NCBI GenBank assembly: GCA_029247315.1
Contig: JAQWLM010000002.1
Span: 201,785 to 265,784, forward strand
Direction of reading: 5' to 3'
Origin: Verrucomicrobiota bacterium
GTDB taxonomy: Bacteria; Verrucomicrobiota; Verrucomicrobiia; Limisphaerales; AAA164-E04
DNA: 64,000 nucleotides
Positions within the stretch are counted from its first letter, which is position 1, and each line of letters begins with the position of its first letter. The notes below the pieces were generated by a model, which saw nothing but the letters and a program-made list of their open reading frames with translations, was not told the origin of the DNA and searched no databases. Shown in pieces: positions 8,975-19,012 of the stretch. A program made the translations under genes and the position numbers.

Positions 8975-11551
8975 TCATCGCCATGCGTGTTTGGGATATT
9001 TACGCTGCAGTTCCTTCTTGATGCCAGGGTAATGCTCACGCCAGAACCCTGCGAGGTCCTGCGTAATCTGGACGGGACGCATGTTGGGTGCCAGGATATG
9101 AACGGCAACTCCAATTTTCTGAAACGCAATCAAAGGCAATGTTTCAACGTCGTAAAGTTCCTGGATACGCAATGAGATATATGGAGGTGATTCCTTGGAA
9201 TAAACCACCTTGGGGGTTTTGCCGTTGGAAAGGGCGATACGATCTGGTGCCTGTTTTTCGAGCAAATCACGCTGCGTCGGGTTCAACCATTGCTTGAGCA
9301 CGGGAACCACTGGACGCTCCTTGATTTCCTTGTAACTGAAGGCTCCCAGGCAAATCGAGGCAAGAAGGTGCCTTTTGGAATCCTCGTCAATCGTGGGGAG
9401 TTCGAGTTCTGGGCACCACTGAGCCAGGAGGTTCAATCGCATGGTCCACTGGTCAACCTTGGCATCCCAAAGCTTCAGGCTGATTTCCCCTTCCATGATC
9501 TTATCGGCCAGAAGACCCGCAGCGGGTTCCTCCGGTGGAGGCTCCAGTCGCTTGGTCGAAAGCACCATGCCTCTGAAGGTTTGCTGGTTGGCGGCATAAA
9601 CGCGACGCGAAGATGGATCCCAAACCACAGCCACCGTATTTTCAAAATCATCCGGAAAAAAGTCTCTCAACCAGGAAGTATCGATCTCGGTGGCAAGCGA
9701 CAAGATGGTCTGGACCTCTCCATCGTGGTTTCCGATTTCGCGGATTTCGGACGCCACAAACATCTCTGCATGCTGTACCACACTCTCTCGAGCAAGCACA
9801 CCACGCCGACCATGCACCAATTCGCACCGCAGCGTTCCCTTGTCAAGACGCTGCGCCAAGCGATCTGAAAAACCTAAAAGCATGCATTGTTGAATCACCG
9901 CATCTTCAACCTGTCGGGGCTTGGTATCCAGCCCCTCCCGTTTGGCGATCCTGAGAAAATGGTCCAGGAGCGGTTTTACCTGGCGCGCGGACTGGGCATG
10001 AATCCCGAGCTTCCTGCAGGCTTGGAACTGAAACTGGTTCCTTGAGGCATAACTCCATGCACGCATCAGCAGAAAGCAATCAGATACTGAACGTTCTGAA
10101 AGAAATTCCTCCCTTAATTCGCGAACCTTTCGATCCACTTTACGAATCAGAATATCTCTCCCCTGGGTCAGGGCAGCGATGAGCGCTGCCTGGTAGACAC
10201 AACCGAGATCCTCCGCCGCCAAAAGCATCCGCGCGTATCTGGGGTGCAGGGGGAAGGCAAGCATGCGATGGCCCAGTTTCGTAATACCGCCATCGCGATC
10301 CAGAGCTCCAAGGTCCGTCAGAAGCTCGACCGCATCCTGTTGCCGCTTCACATCAGGAGGCTCCAGCCAACGAAAAGCATCGAGATCTCGCACTCCGGCC
10401 GCCTTGAGACTCAGGATGACCTCCGATAAATCCAAACGTTGAACCTCAGGTAACTCCTGCACCGGGCGTTGTGCGTGCTGCCGTTCCGTCCAGAGACGTT
10501 CGCAGATACCGGGACCCGTTCTACCAGCGCGGCCAGCTCGTTGATCTGCCGAGGCCTGGCTGATCTTCTCAACCAGCAGGGTATTAATGCCTCGATATGG
10601 ATCATATCGGGGAATACGCGCCAAGCCGCTGTCGATCACCAGACGAATCCCATCAATGGTCAGGGATGTCTCTGCAACATTGGTTGCCACCACCACCTTG
10701 GGTTGATCCTGATGTGTGACTGCAGCATCCTGGTCCTTGGTTGGCAATTCACCATGCAGGGGCAGCAGGATAAAACCCGCAGATTCCGGAACATGCCGGA
10801 TGGCATCGAGGGTTTTCTGAATCTCGTAACCTCCGGGCATGAACACCAGCACGTCTCCTTGCCCCCCTTGAGCGACAAAATTCGAAAAAGCCCCTGCTGC
10901 CTGCTCCCAGACCGGAACGGCATCATGCGCATCTGCAGGCAAAAGGTAGCGAGTTTCCACGGGAAAGGTCCTTCCCTCGGAATGAATCTGCTGGCAGGGA
11001 GCAAGGTAGCGGGCCAATGCATCAGCATCCAGGGTAGCGGACATGACAAGAATCTTCAGATCCGGACGATGCGTTTGTTGCAGATCAAGAGCCCGGGCGA
11101 GGGTAATGTCACCGTAAAGATGTCGCTCATGAAACTCATCAAAAATCAGCACCTGGATATCCTTGAGTTCAGGATCCTGTATCATCTGTCTCAACAGAAT
11201 GCCTTCGGTGATGAAACGAATTCGGGTCGATCGGCTGGTGACATTTTCAAAGCGGATCTGGTAGCCTACCTCGTCGCCCAGCTTGCACTTACGCTCAGAA
11301 GCAACCCTACTTGCCAACATACGGGTTGCGAGGCGCCTGGGTTGCAGGATCACGACCTGCCGATCTGTTAGGACTCCATGCTGCAATAACATCTGCGGCA
11401 CCTGTGTCGACTTGCCCGAACCGGTCGGCGCAGTAATGATGATCCTTGAGTCCCTCTCCAGTTGCGAGAGGAGTTCATCCTTGATTTCATGTATGGGAAG
11501 TGATTTCACCTGGCGTATGGCTTCCGGAGCAGGGTTATAAATGGTCGTCAC
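8975..11551 (-). CDS. hrpB: ATP-dependent RNA helicase HrpB (DEAH box)
   Basis: 858 aa. Walker A APTGSGKSTQVPQ, DEFHERH box, SATL, TNVAETSLTIDGI, QRAGRAGR. The start is uncertain: GTG 11551 abuts the rpsU terminator, and an alternative GTG lies at 11509. Confidence 0.9.
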   Translation of the reverse strand: MTTIYNPAPEAIRQVKSLPIHEIKDELLSQLERDSRIIITAPTGSGKSTQVPQMLLQHGVLTDRQVVILQPRRLATRMLASRVASERKCKLGDEVGYQIRFENVTSRSTRIRFITEGILLRQMIQDPELKDIQVLIFDEFHERHLYGDITLARALDLQQTHRPDLKILVMSATLDADALARYLAPCQQIHSEGRTFPVETRYLLPADAHDAVPVWEQAAGAFSNFVAQGGQGDVLVFMPGGYEIQKTLDAIRHVPESAGFILLPLHGELPTKDQDAAVTHQDQPKVVVATNVAETSLTIDGIRLVIDSGLARIPRYDPYRGINTLLVEKISQASADQRAGRAGRTGPGICERLWTERQHAQRPVQELPEVQRLDLSEVILSLKAAGVRDLDAFRWLEPPDVKRQQDAVELLTDLGALDRDGGITKLGHRMLAFPLHPRYARMLLAAEDLGCVYQAALIAALTQGRDILIRKVDRKVRELREEFLSERSVSDCFLLMRAWSYASRNQFQFQACRKLGIHAQSARQVKPLLDHFLRIAKREGLDTKPRQVEDAVIQQCMLLGFSDRLAQRLDKGTLRCELVHGRRGVLARESVVQHAEMFVASEIREIGNHDGEVQTILSLATEIDTSWLRDFFPDDFENTVAVVWDPSSRRVYAANQQTFRGMVLSTKRLEPPPEEPAAGLLADKIMEGEISLKLWDAKVDQWTMRLNLLAQWCPELELPTIDEDSKRHLLASICLGAFSYKEIKERPVVPVLKQWLNPTQRDLLEKQAPDRIALSNGKTPKVVYSKESPPYISLRIQELYDVETLPLIAFQKIGVAVHILAPNMRPVQITQDLAGFWREHYPGIKKELQRKYPKHAWR

Positions 11552-11583
11552 AAGAAAAAGCCGAGGTCCCGGGGGACCTCGGC
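11552..11583 (-). terminator. rho-independent terminator downstream of rpsU
   Basis: On the minus strand: GCCGAGGTCC-cccg-GGACCTCGGC (10-bp GC-rich stem, 4-nt loop) followed directly by TTTTTCTT. It lies 31 nt after the rpsU stop. Confidence 0.65.
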
Positions 11584-11614
11584 TGCTTTAGAAAATTCAA
11601 TCTCGCCAGGAGGC

Positions 11615-11812
11615 TCAATAGTCCGCATACCGTGCCGCAAGCATGGCTGAAAACTTGGATACCTTCATCTTGCGTCGTTTGCGTTCACAAGGTTTCTCGA
11701 AATGCCTGTTGTTGCGCACTTGTTTGATGGTACCTTCACGGTCGAGTTTCTTCTTCAACCGACGCAGGGCCTTTTCAACGGATTCACCTTTTTTGATTTT
11801 TACTTCACTCAA
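11615..11812 (-). CDS. rpsU: 30S ribosomal protein S21
   Basis: 65 aa. MSEVKIKKGESVEKALRRLKKKLDREGTIKQVRNNRHFEKPCERKRRK is a typical bS21 sequence. Confidence 0.9.
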   Translation of the reverse strand: MSEVKIKKGESVEKALRRLKKKLDREGTIKQVRNNRHFEKPCERKRRKMKVSKFSAMLAARYADY

Positions 11813-11980
11813 GTCTGTTTCACATCCTCTCTAGTCTGCCAACTAGCCTCTGACAGTACTTTCCAGAGACCACTGGGGATGGAGACGTTGCGGGAAAAAA
11901 ACAGGGATGTCAACCGGTAAAATAGTGTCATGGTCGACTCAGGAAAGTCTGTTTTTTTTAATTCTCAATTCAGAACGACT

Positions 11981-12035
11981 TTCCCTCCAACAGGGCACCT
12001 TGCGATCACATCGCAAGGTGCCCTGTTGGAGGGAA
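11981..12035. repeat. perfect 26-bp inverted repeat (hairpin, 3-nt loop) in the rpsU/glnS divergent intergenic region
   Basis: ttccctccaacagggcaccttgcgat (11981-12006), cac (12007-12009), atcgcaaggtgccctgttggagggaa (12010-12035). The arms are exact reverse complements. No adjacent T-run on either strand. Confidence 0.9.
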
Positions 12036-12129
12036 GCATGAAAGGGTCATATTGACGTTGCCTTGCGTCCCAGCATCGTTATCGTTCCAGAAAGATTGAT
12101 CCGCTTTCGGAACAGTGCATTCAAAACAT

Positions 12130-13824
12130 ATGGCATCGGACGCAACCAACACATCAGGCAACGTATCGGATTTTATCCGCGACATCATCCAGGAAGACCT
12201 CTTAAAAGTTCGGCATGGGCGCATCGTCACTCGCTTTCCACCGGAACCCAACGGCTTCATTCATTTGGGACACGCAAAATCCATTTGCCTTAACTTTGGC
12301 ATCGCAGGTGAACATCAAGGCACCTGCCATCTGCGTTTCGATGATACCAATCCCGCACGTGAAGACACCAAGTATGTAAATTCCATCCAAGAGGATGTCC
12401 GCTGGCTGGGGTTTGACTGGCAGGCATCCCCCTTCTTTACCTCCGATTACTTTGAGAGACTCCATGTTTATGCCCAAACATTGATCCAAAAAGGAAAAGC
12501 CTTCGTTTGCGATTTATCTGCAGAGGACTTCATGCGGACCCGTGGCACGCCCACCCACCCGGGCGAAGCAAGCCCTTTTCGAGACCGTTCAGTGGCAGAT
12601 AACCTCGAGCTTTTCGAACGCATGCGAGCAGGTGCGTTCGAAGACGGTAGCAAGACCCTGCGTGCCAGGATCGACATGGCTTCGCCGAATATCCATATGC
12701 GTGACCCCGCACTCTATCGCATTCGCAGGCTACACCACCATCGAACTGGGGATACTTGGCCAATCTATCCCATGTATGATTTTGCCCACTGTTTAAGCGA
12801 TGCTATTGAAGGTATCACACATTCCCTCTGTACATTGGAGTTTGAGGTTCACCGCCCCCTCTACGAATGGATTCTAGAGCATGCCCTTGGAGAAGAAGCA
12901 CGCCCCCGCCAAATCGAGTTTGCCCGTCTAAACCTTGGATACACGATCCTGAGCAAACGTAAACTCCTGCAACTCGTGGAGGAAAAACATGTGTCGGGAT
13001 GGGATGATCCTCGCATGCCTACGGTTTCCGGATTGCGGCGACGCGGCGTCACCCCAGAGTCCGTAAGGCAATTCTGTAAACGAATTGGTATCACGAAATA
13101 TGACGGCATTACAGACATCGCGGTGTTTGAACACAGCATCAGGGAAGATCTCAACAAACGGGCAATGCGCGTGCTCGGGGTGCTGCACCCTCTGAAGGTG
13201 GTCATCGAGAACTTGCCGGAAGATCATATCGAAAAATTGGATGCTGTAAACAACCCGGAGGACCCTGAATCCGGAACCCGGCAACTGCCCTTCTCACGAG
13301 AAATCTATATTGATCGGAATGATTTTATGGAGGAAGCCCCCAAGAAGTTTTTCCGACTGAAACCCCAGGGGGAGGTTCGACTTCGCTACGCCTACATCCT
13401 CAAGTGCGAAGAGGTCATCAAGGACGACAACGGAAAAATCGTGGAACTGCGGGCCAGCATTGATCCGGACTCCAAACGAGGAGGGGCCACGGCCGGACGC
13501 AAGGTTAAAGGAACCATCCACTGGGTGTCCAAGGCACACGCAGTCGACGCCGAAATTCGACTTTACGATCGCCTTTTCACCGCAGAACAACCCGATTCAG
13601 GTAAGGGAGGGTCAGATTTCAGGAACTTCCTGAACCCCGATTCACTTCAGGTAATCAAGGGGTGCAAGCTGGAATCCAGCCTGGCGCACGCAGTTTCATC
13701 CAAGTCTTATCAGTTCGAACGTGTGGGTTATTTCTGTCTGGACTCCTTCGATTCAGACAAAGAAAATCTGGTTTTTAATCGGACCATCGCACTGAAAGAC
13801 GCCTGGGCAAAAATGAAAAGGTAG
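12130..13824 (+). CDS. glnS: glutamine--tRNA ligase
   Basis: Class I HIGH region FPPEPNGFIHLGHAKSI and KMSKS-type LNLGYTILSKRKL, with overall GlnRS layout. ATG 12130 is preferred over GTG 12115. Confidence 0.95.
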   Translation: MASDATNTSGNVSDFIRDIIQEDLLKVRHGRIVTRFPPEPNGFIHLGHAKSICLNFGIAGEHQGTCHLRFDDTNPAREDTKYVNSIQEDVRWLGFDWQASPFFTSDYFERLHVYAQTLIQKGKAFVCDLSAEDFMRTRGTPTHPGEASPFRDRSVADNLELFERMRAGAFEDGSKTLRARIDMASPNIHMRDPALYRIRRLHHHRTGDTWPIYPMYDFAHCLSDAIEGITHSLCTLEFEVHRPLYEWILEHALGEEARPRQIEFARLNLGYTILSKRKLLQLVEEKHVSGWDDPRMPTVSGLRRRGVTPESVRQFCKRIGITKYDGITDIAVFEHSIREDLNKRAMRVLGVLHPLKVVIENLPEDHIEKLDAVNNPEDPESGTRQLPFSREIYIDRNDFMEEAPKKFFRLKPQGEVRLRYAYILKCEEVIKDDNGKIVELRASIDPDSKRGGATAGRKVKGTIHWVSKAHAVDAEIRLYDRLFTAEQPDSGKGGSDFRNFLNPDSLQVIKGCKLESSLAHAVSSKSYQFERVGYFCLDSFDSDKENLVFNRTIALKDAWAKMKR

Positions 13825-14019
13825 TTTGCCTGAGAAGGAGTGGCCAGTTAAATGAGGTGGCATCCATGGAGGAAAGGCCTGAATGCATGGTCGAAACTCC
13901 ATCGCGATATGGCTGGACACAGCCTGAGCCAGGGTCAAGACAAGCACCGGGACTCCCCAAGCGTGACATCACCTCCAGCCCCCATCAGAGGGTGTCGTGT
14001 CACCTCGGCGTCAGGTGCG

Positions 14020-14922
14020 CTACTCAAGGATACGCCTGCGGAATTGAAATGGTGTGACCCCGCAAACACGCCTGAACCGATGGATAAAAGTACTTTTGTT
14101 CTGAAAGCCCACCTTTTGGGTAATCTCGTCAAGTGCCAACTTGTTTTGGATCAGCAGTGTTTTGCTTAATTCAAGGCGCTGTCGGATGATGTATTGCCGG
14201 GGACTGACTCCCATGTTGATTTTAAATTGCCTGATGAAATAAAACAGGCTCAAGCCGGCGGCATCCGCCATTTTTGCGACCGATAAGCCATTGCTTCCCA
14301 GATGAGCATGTACATATGCCAAAGCTCGTTTGAGCTGAAAAGGGGCAAGACCACCCGATGTGGAGTACTCCTCGGTGATGCCATTTGCGTGAAACATAGC
14401 CAAATGCAAGCCCAAGGTCTTCGCCATGACCGCTGCATACATTTTTCCACACGGTTGCCGGTCCTTCATCTGTTCGTAAATCTGCATGCACGCAGCCTTA
14501 AGAAAACTATCCCCAGTGGCGCAGGTGGGTTGAATGATAACCGAGGCAGATTTGAGGTATTCCGTGCATACCTGAGTCATGAGTCTTGGGGTAGGGGAAA
14601 TGGTGAGGAAATCCAGGGTATCACTTGAATGCATGGAAATGTGGCTTTCTGACGGGTGAATCATGACTTGGCCCCGGGCAAAATCCAATTTTTTGCGCCT
14701 TCCTTTCAATTCCATTTCCACTGTGACAGTTTGCGACATGGGGACCATCAAAACATGGTTTTGAAAAATACCTTCTATGCTAAAGCCCTTGACTCGGTGA
14801 CGTTCCGCGCGAAGGTTCGGCCACTTGAGTGCACGACTCGATTCGACGACACCCTTGGTCAGCGGTCGCCTTTCACCTGTGCCCTGATCCAGGACGATTT
14901 CTTGACTAGACGGATCCACCAT
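14020..14922 (-). CDS. AraC-family transcriptional regulator
   Basis: 300 aa. C-terminal double HTH (VAKMADAAGLSLFYFIRQFKINMGVSPRQYIIRQRL, LDEITQKVGFQNKSTFIHRFRRVCGVTPFQFRR). N-terminal cupin-like sensor half. Confidence 0.85.
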   Translation of the reverse strand: MVDPSSQEIVLDQGTGERRPLTKGVVESSRALKWPNLRAERHRVKGFSIEGIFQNHVLMVPMSQTVTVEMELKGRRKKLDFARGQVMIHPSESHISMHSSDTLDFLTISPTPRLMTQVCTEYLKSASVIIQPTCATGDSFLKAACMQIYEQMKDRQPCGKMYAAVMAKTLGLHLAMFHANGITEEYSTSGGLAPFQLKRALAYVHAHLGSNGLSVAKMADAAGLSLFYFIRQFKINMGVSPRQYIIRQRLELSKTLLIQNKLALDEITQKVGFQNKSTFIHRFRRVCGVTPFQFRRRILE

Positions 14923-15622
14923 GACTGAAAATATAACCTCTTAATCCAATGATTCCTGACATGAAAAGGTTCTTATTTTTCACATACCTGCAATGGTCGC
15001 AGCAGGGACTTGAAACATGACTTACGCGAAAAAAAAGGTTACATGATATTTTAAGTCAGGTACAAAAACCCACCCGGATCACAGAGGAACCAAATACCGT
15101 ATTTCCAATGCCAGCACGGGCTCTTTTATGTCATGCAGGAATCCCTGTCCCAAACCATACGCTTCACCAAAGGGAGAACGGACGACATCAAAACTTGGAA
15201 GGCATGATCCAGGGTGATGATGAAGATGGGTGGAGTCCTTTACCTACCCGAACGCCTATCACAGATCCCCTACTGGGCATCATGAGTTGATGAACCAATA
15301 TGGGTGCATGTCTTTGCGAAAAGACGCATTCTTCGAAGACAATAAATAGGATTGCGCATTGCCTGGACCTTATCTGAGGAGGTATTTTCTACAAAATCCA
15401 GCATCACCGGGTTTGCGGAAGTTTCACCCCATTGACTGGATGTTCTCTTACCCCGGGAGACTCTGGCGCTGGTTCCAGTCTGCCAAGGAACAAAATCTGC
15501 AATGGTTTTAAGTTGTTGTAAACATGACAAAAAAAGCGAAGGTTTTATGCCCTCGTTGAGTGACATTTTTCAGGACCATGGCAGTGATTGCAATACATGC
15601 TGTAATTTTGTAGCTTTCAAGC

Positions 15623-16531
15623 ATGCATTCCAGAGACCTTGCGCAGCAACATGGTTTTGTGGGAAATACCTTCTCCATGCCTAACTCTTCCGACCAGTGG
15701 AACCGGTTTCAACTGTCACCCGATCAAAGAGCCTTTTACCGAAAAAACGGCTACGTAAGCGGCATCCGTATCCTGACAGATGCCCAGGTGGAAACTTTGC
15801 GCGAGGAATTGACTGTTTTTTTTGATCCCACGCACCCAGGAAACGAGCGGTGGCATGAATACCACTCCAATGAATCCGGGGATCCGGAAAACACCCTCTT
15901 TCACGCATTGGGAAGCTGGAGAATGAGCCCTGGATTTCATGATATCCTTTGGCATCCCGCCTTCACCGTACCGGCTGCCCAGCTCCTCGAGGGCCCCGTC
16001 CGCTTCTGGCATGATCAACTTTTCTGCAAGCCTGCCAAACATGGTGGTGTGGTTGCATGGCATCAGGATTATTCCTACTGGACCCGCACACGGCCGATGG
16101 CACACTTGAGCTGTTGGATTGGTCTTGATGACGCAAACCCATCGAATGGCTGCCTCCAATACATACCCGGCAGCCATAGGTGGGATCTGCTTCCCATTAC
16201 CGGACTCGCAGGCGACATGGAGGGAATTCGCAAGGTGCTTACCGATTCGCAGTGGGAGGATCTCCAAAGTCCTGTTGCCATTGAATTAAAGAAAGGGGAG
16301 GCCTCGTTTCATCACCCTCTCATGGTACATGGATCCCGTGAAAACCGCTCGGCATGTCCTCGACGTGCCTTGGTTTTAAATGCTTTCCGCGATGGCACAT
16401 TGAGCAATTCCAATGAAGCCATGCTCCAGGGAATTCCGCCTGTCCCCAGAGGCTCCAAAATGGAGGGACCTTTCTTTCCTCTGCTCTTTGATCCCACAAA
16501 CCATGACCTTGAAATCAAGGCTCGCACATGA
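15623..16531 (+). CDS. phytanoyl-CoA dioxygenase (PhyH) family Fe(II)/2-oxoglutarate oxygenase
   Basis: 302 aa. HxD of the facial triad in [13 protein letters not shown], a distal His in IPGSHRWD or [10 protein letters not shown], and Arg in VHGSRENRS. An alternative ATG lies at 15677. Confidence 0.8.
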   Translation: MHSRDLAQQHGFVGNTFSMPNSSDQWNRFQLSPDQRAFYRKNGYVSGIRILTDAQVETLREELTVFFDPTHPGNERWHEYHSNESGDPENTLFHALGSWRMSPGFHDILWHPAFTVPAAQLLEGPVRFWHDQLFCKPAKHGGVVAWHQDYSYWTRTRPMAHLSCWIGLDDANPSNGCLQYIPGSHRWDLLPITGLAGDMEGIRKVLTDSQWEDLQSPVAIELKKGEASFHHPLMVHGSRENRSACPRRALVLNAFRDGTLSNSNEAMLQGIPPVPRGSKMEGPFFPLLFDPTNHDLEIKART

Positions 16532-18984
16532 AAATACAACCTGCACGGTATTTGAGGCCTTCAGTCAACATGCTCCTTATCTGCCTGACAAGCTGTCAAC
16601 TGGCAATGGCTGCCCATTCTTTCCAAAGCACGTGGGAGTCCATTCCTGACCGTGTATGGATCGGGGCCGACTACTGGGCCAATCCCATGGAGGACTGGCA
16701 GATCACGGATGGACGACTGGAATGCCTTCACGGTGCAAGAGACCGGAACGTGCATCTACTGACAGCCGATGCCGCCCTGCGCGAGGGCACACTGGAAATG
16801 GAGGTCCGGCTGGGACGCCTGACAGATCCTGACATCCAAGGATCCGCCGGGTTTCGCATAGGGATTCGTGATGAAATCGACGACTACCGTGCGCGCTGCA
16901 TCATGGGAAAGGGCATTGATATCGGCATCACCCACGATGGCTTCCTTTTCGTGGGTGACCAACGGGCCAAAAACCCCATCGCAGATACTGCCCTGACCGA
17001 TCTTCTCCTGGCGATACGGGGCGAAACTCGGGGCAAAAACTTCCTGATATCCATTGAGGCTCTCAGCACCAGGACCCGTGCCAGCCATGGATTTTTTGCT
17101 GCCCGCCTGAAGGATACCGACACCACGGGCAATGTGGCTCTGGTCAATAACCATCAATCAGGAAAGGCACGCTACTGGTTCCGCCAGTGGAAGGTGGCCG
17201 GTTCCAAGCTGGACCTGCATGCAAACCGCAAATGGGGACCTATCCTCTGGACCATGCACACGCTCCATCACGATGGGCAGCAACATACGCTCTCTCTCAC
17301 CGCCCAGATGCCCCCCTTGGGCAAAAGCGAAGCAAGCGATGCCACGTTCCAATATCGCGTCAATGGTGATTGGATCGATGTGGGGCCTGCCCGTATCGAT
17401 CCCCTGAGCCGCACAGCCAACTGGAACATTATCGACTGGCCTGCAAATCAGGATCGTCCTTATCGCGTTCTTTATAAGACGCACCAGTATGCAGGCACCA
17501 TACGCCGGGATCCGAACGACAGACAAGCCCTGGTCATAGCAGGCTTTACTGGTAACCAGGACACAGGATTTCCAAATCTTGAGACCGTCCGCAACATTGG
17601 CATTCAGGATCCCGATATGCTCTTTTTCTCAGGAGACCAGATTTATGAGAACGTCGGGGGTTACGGTATCCTTCGAGAAGGAGTCGAGCGCCCTGTGCTC
17701 AATTACCTGCGTAAATGGTATCTCCTGGGTTGGGCCTTTGGAGACCTGATGCGTGACCGTATCACGGTCTGCCTACCCGACGATCATGATGTCTATCAGG
17801 GAAACATATGGGGTGAGGGCGGTGCGGCCATGGAAGGAGACAACACCTCAACCAATGGCGGTTACATCCAGCATCCCGCCTTTGTCAACGCCGTGCATCG
17901 CACCCAAACAAGTCATCATCCGAAAATGCCAGACCCGGCACCGATCCTACAGGGCATTCTTCCCTTTCATAACCACCTGGTGTACGGCCGCGTGAGCTTT
18001 GCACTGATTGCCGACCGCATGTTCAAGACAGGACCTAAGGCAGTGGCCACCTGGGAAGGTCGCGCCGACCACCTCAGGGACAAGACTTACGATGTCTCCA
18101 AGCTTGATCAAGCCGGGCTGGAATTACTGGGAAAACGCCAGGAAACTTTCCTGGAATCGTGGATCACCGACTGGCGGGGAGCCGATTTCAAATGTCTACT
18201 CAGTCAGAGCATTTTCGTGAACCTGGCCAATTACCACGGAGCCGATCAAACGTTTATCTATGCCGATCTGGACTCCAACGGATGGCCTCAAACGCCACGA
18301 AACCGAGCCTTATCCATCCTGCGAAAAGGGTTCGTTTTCCATTACGCGGGAGATCAACATCTACCCTCTGTCACGCGCTATGGTGTCGAGCACTGGAACG
18401 ATGCTGGCTACGCCTTTTGCGTACCCTCGATCGCGGCGGGTTATCCTCGTGCATGGAGACCAGATACGGAGGGGCGCCTGGTTCAAAACAGGGGAAACGG
18501 TCCCAATACCGGCGAATATCATGACGCCTTCGGCAATCATGTCACTGTCTGGGCCATTGGCAACCCCGAACAACAATACCGCAGTGGGCGTATGCATACC
18601 CTTCATGACAAGGCATCTGGATATGGTATTGTAAGGTTCAACAAATCAAGCCAAACCATCGATATGGAATGTTACCGACTGGAAACCCAAGCCGACCAAA
18701 CGAAGGAAGGTGACCAGTTTCCCGGTTGGCCACTGAGGATTCACATCACTGACAACGATGGACGCCAGCCTCAGGGGTTTCTCAAGGAATGTCATGTCGA
18801 TGGCGTTCAAAATGCCGTTGTCCAGGTATGGAGCGAGACGGACAACATCCTTCAGTATGTCATGCGGATCCAGGGAAACCGATTCCGTCCATGGGTATTC
18901 ACTGAAGGTATCTACCGAGTGCGTATGGGGGACCCGGATATGGACATATGGAAGACATGGGAACACCTGGAAATCCAACCTTGA
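16528..18984 (+). CDS. secreted PhoD-like/calcineurin-like metallophosphoesterase with N-terminal lectin-like domain
   Basis: 818 aa. Signal-like [18 protein letters not shown]-terminal beta-sandwich-like region ([12 protein letters not shown]...[10 protein letters not shown]). Metallophosphoesterase blocks [32 protein letters not shown]. The start overlaps the PhyH stop (ATGA at 16528-16531). Confidence 0.65.
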   Translation: MKIQPARYLRPSVNMLLICLTSCQLAMAAHSFQSTWESIPDRVWIGADYWANPMEDWQITDGRLECLHGARDRNVHLLTADAALREGTLEMEVRLGRLTDPDIQGSAGFRIGIRDEIDDYRARCIMGKGIDIGITHDGFLFVGDQRAKNPIADTALTDLLLAIRGETRGKNFLISIEALSTRTRASHGFFAARLKDTDTTGNVALVNNHQSGKARYWFRQWKVAGSKLDLHANRKWGPILWTMHTLHHDGQQHTLSLTAQMPPLGKSEASDATFQYRVNGDWIDVGPARIDPLSRTANWNIIDWPANQDRPYRVLYKTHQYAGTIRRDPNDRQALVIAGFTGNQDTGFPNLETVRNIGIQDPDMLFFSGDQIYENVGGYGILREGVERPVLNYLRKWYLLGWAFGDLMRDRITVCLPDDHDVYQGNIWGEGGAAMEGDNTSTNGGYIQHPAFVNAVHRTQTSHHPKMPDPAPILQGILPFHNHLVYGRVSFALIADRMFKTGPKAVATWEGRADHLRDKTYDVSKLDQAGLELLGKRQETFLESWITDWRGADFKCLLSQSIFVNLANYHGADQTFIYADLDSNGWPQTPRNRALSILRKGFVFHYAGDQHLPSVTRYGVEHWNDAGYAFCVPSIAAGYPRAWRPDTEGRLVQNRGNGPNTGEYHDAFGNHVTVWAIGNPEQQYRSGRMHTLHDKASGYGIVRFNKSSQTIDMECYRLETQADQTKEGDQFPGWPLRIHITDNDGRQPQGFLKECHVDGVQNAVVQVWSETDNILQYVMRIQGNRFRPWVFTEGIYRVRMGDPDMDIWKTWEHLEIQP

Positions 18985-19012
18985 AATCCGATGCGCATCA
19001 GCGGGAATCCCC

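Noticed and set aside
11981-12035. Reading the 26-bp hairpin as a rho-independent (bidirectional) terminator.
   Set aside because: Both flanking genes are transcribed away from it. The nearest T/A run (11952-11959) is about 21 nt from the stem, not adjacent.
12006-12260. 84-aa minus-strand ORF starting in the hairpin and running into glnS.
   Set aside because: It overlaps the glnS 5' coding region antisense and begins inside the palindrome. It has no motifs.
15108-15566. Small ORFs (60 aa on plus, 98 aa on minus) inside the 700-nt AraC/PhyH gap as real genes.
   Set aside because: They have no recognisable motif, signal or RBS context, and they overlap each other. I treat the region as non-coding or unknown and report it as a finding instead.
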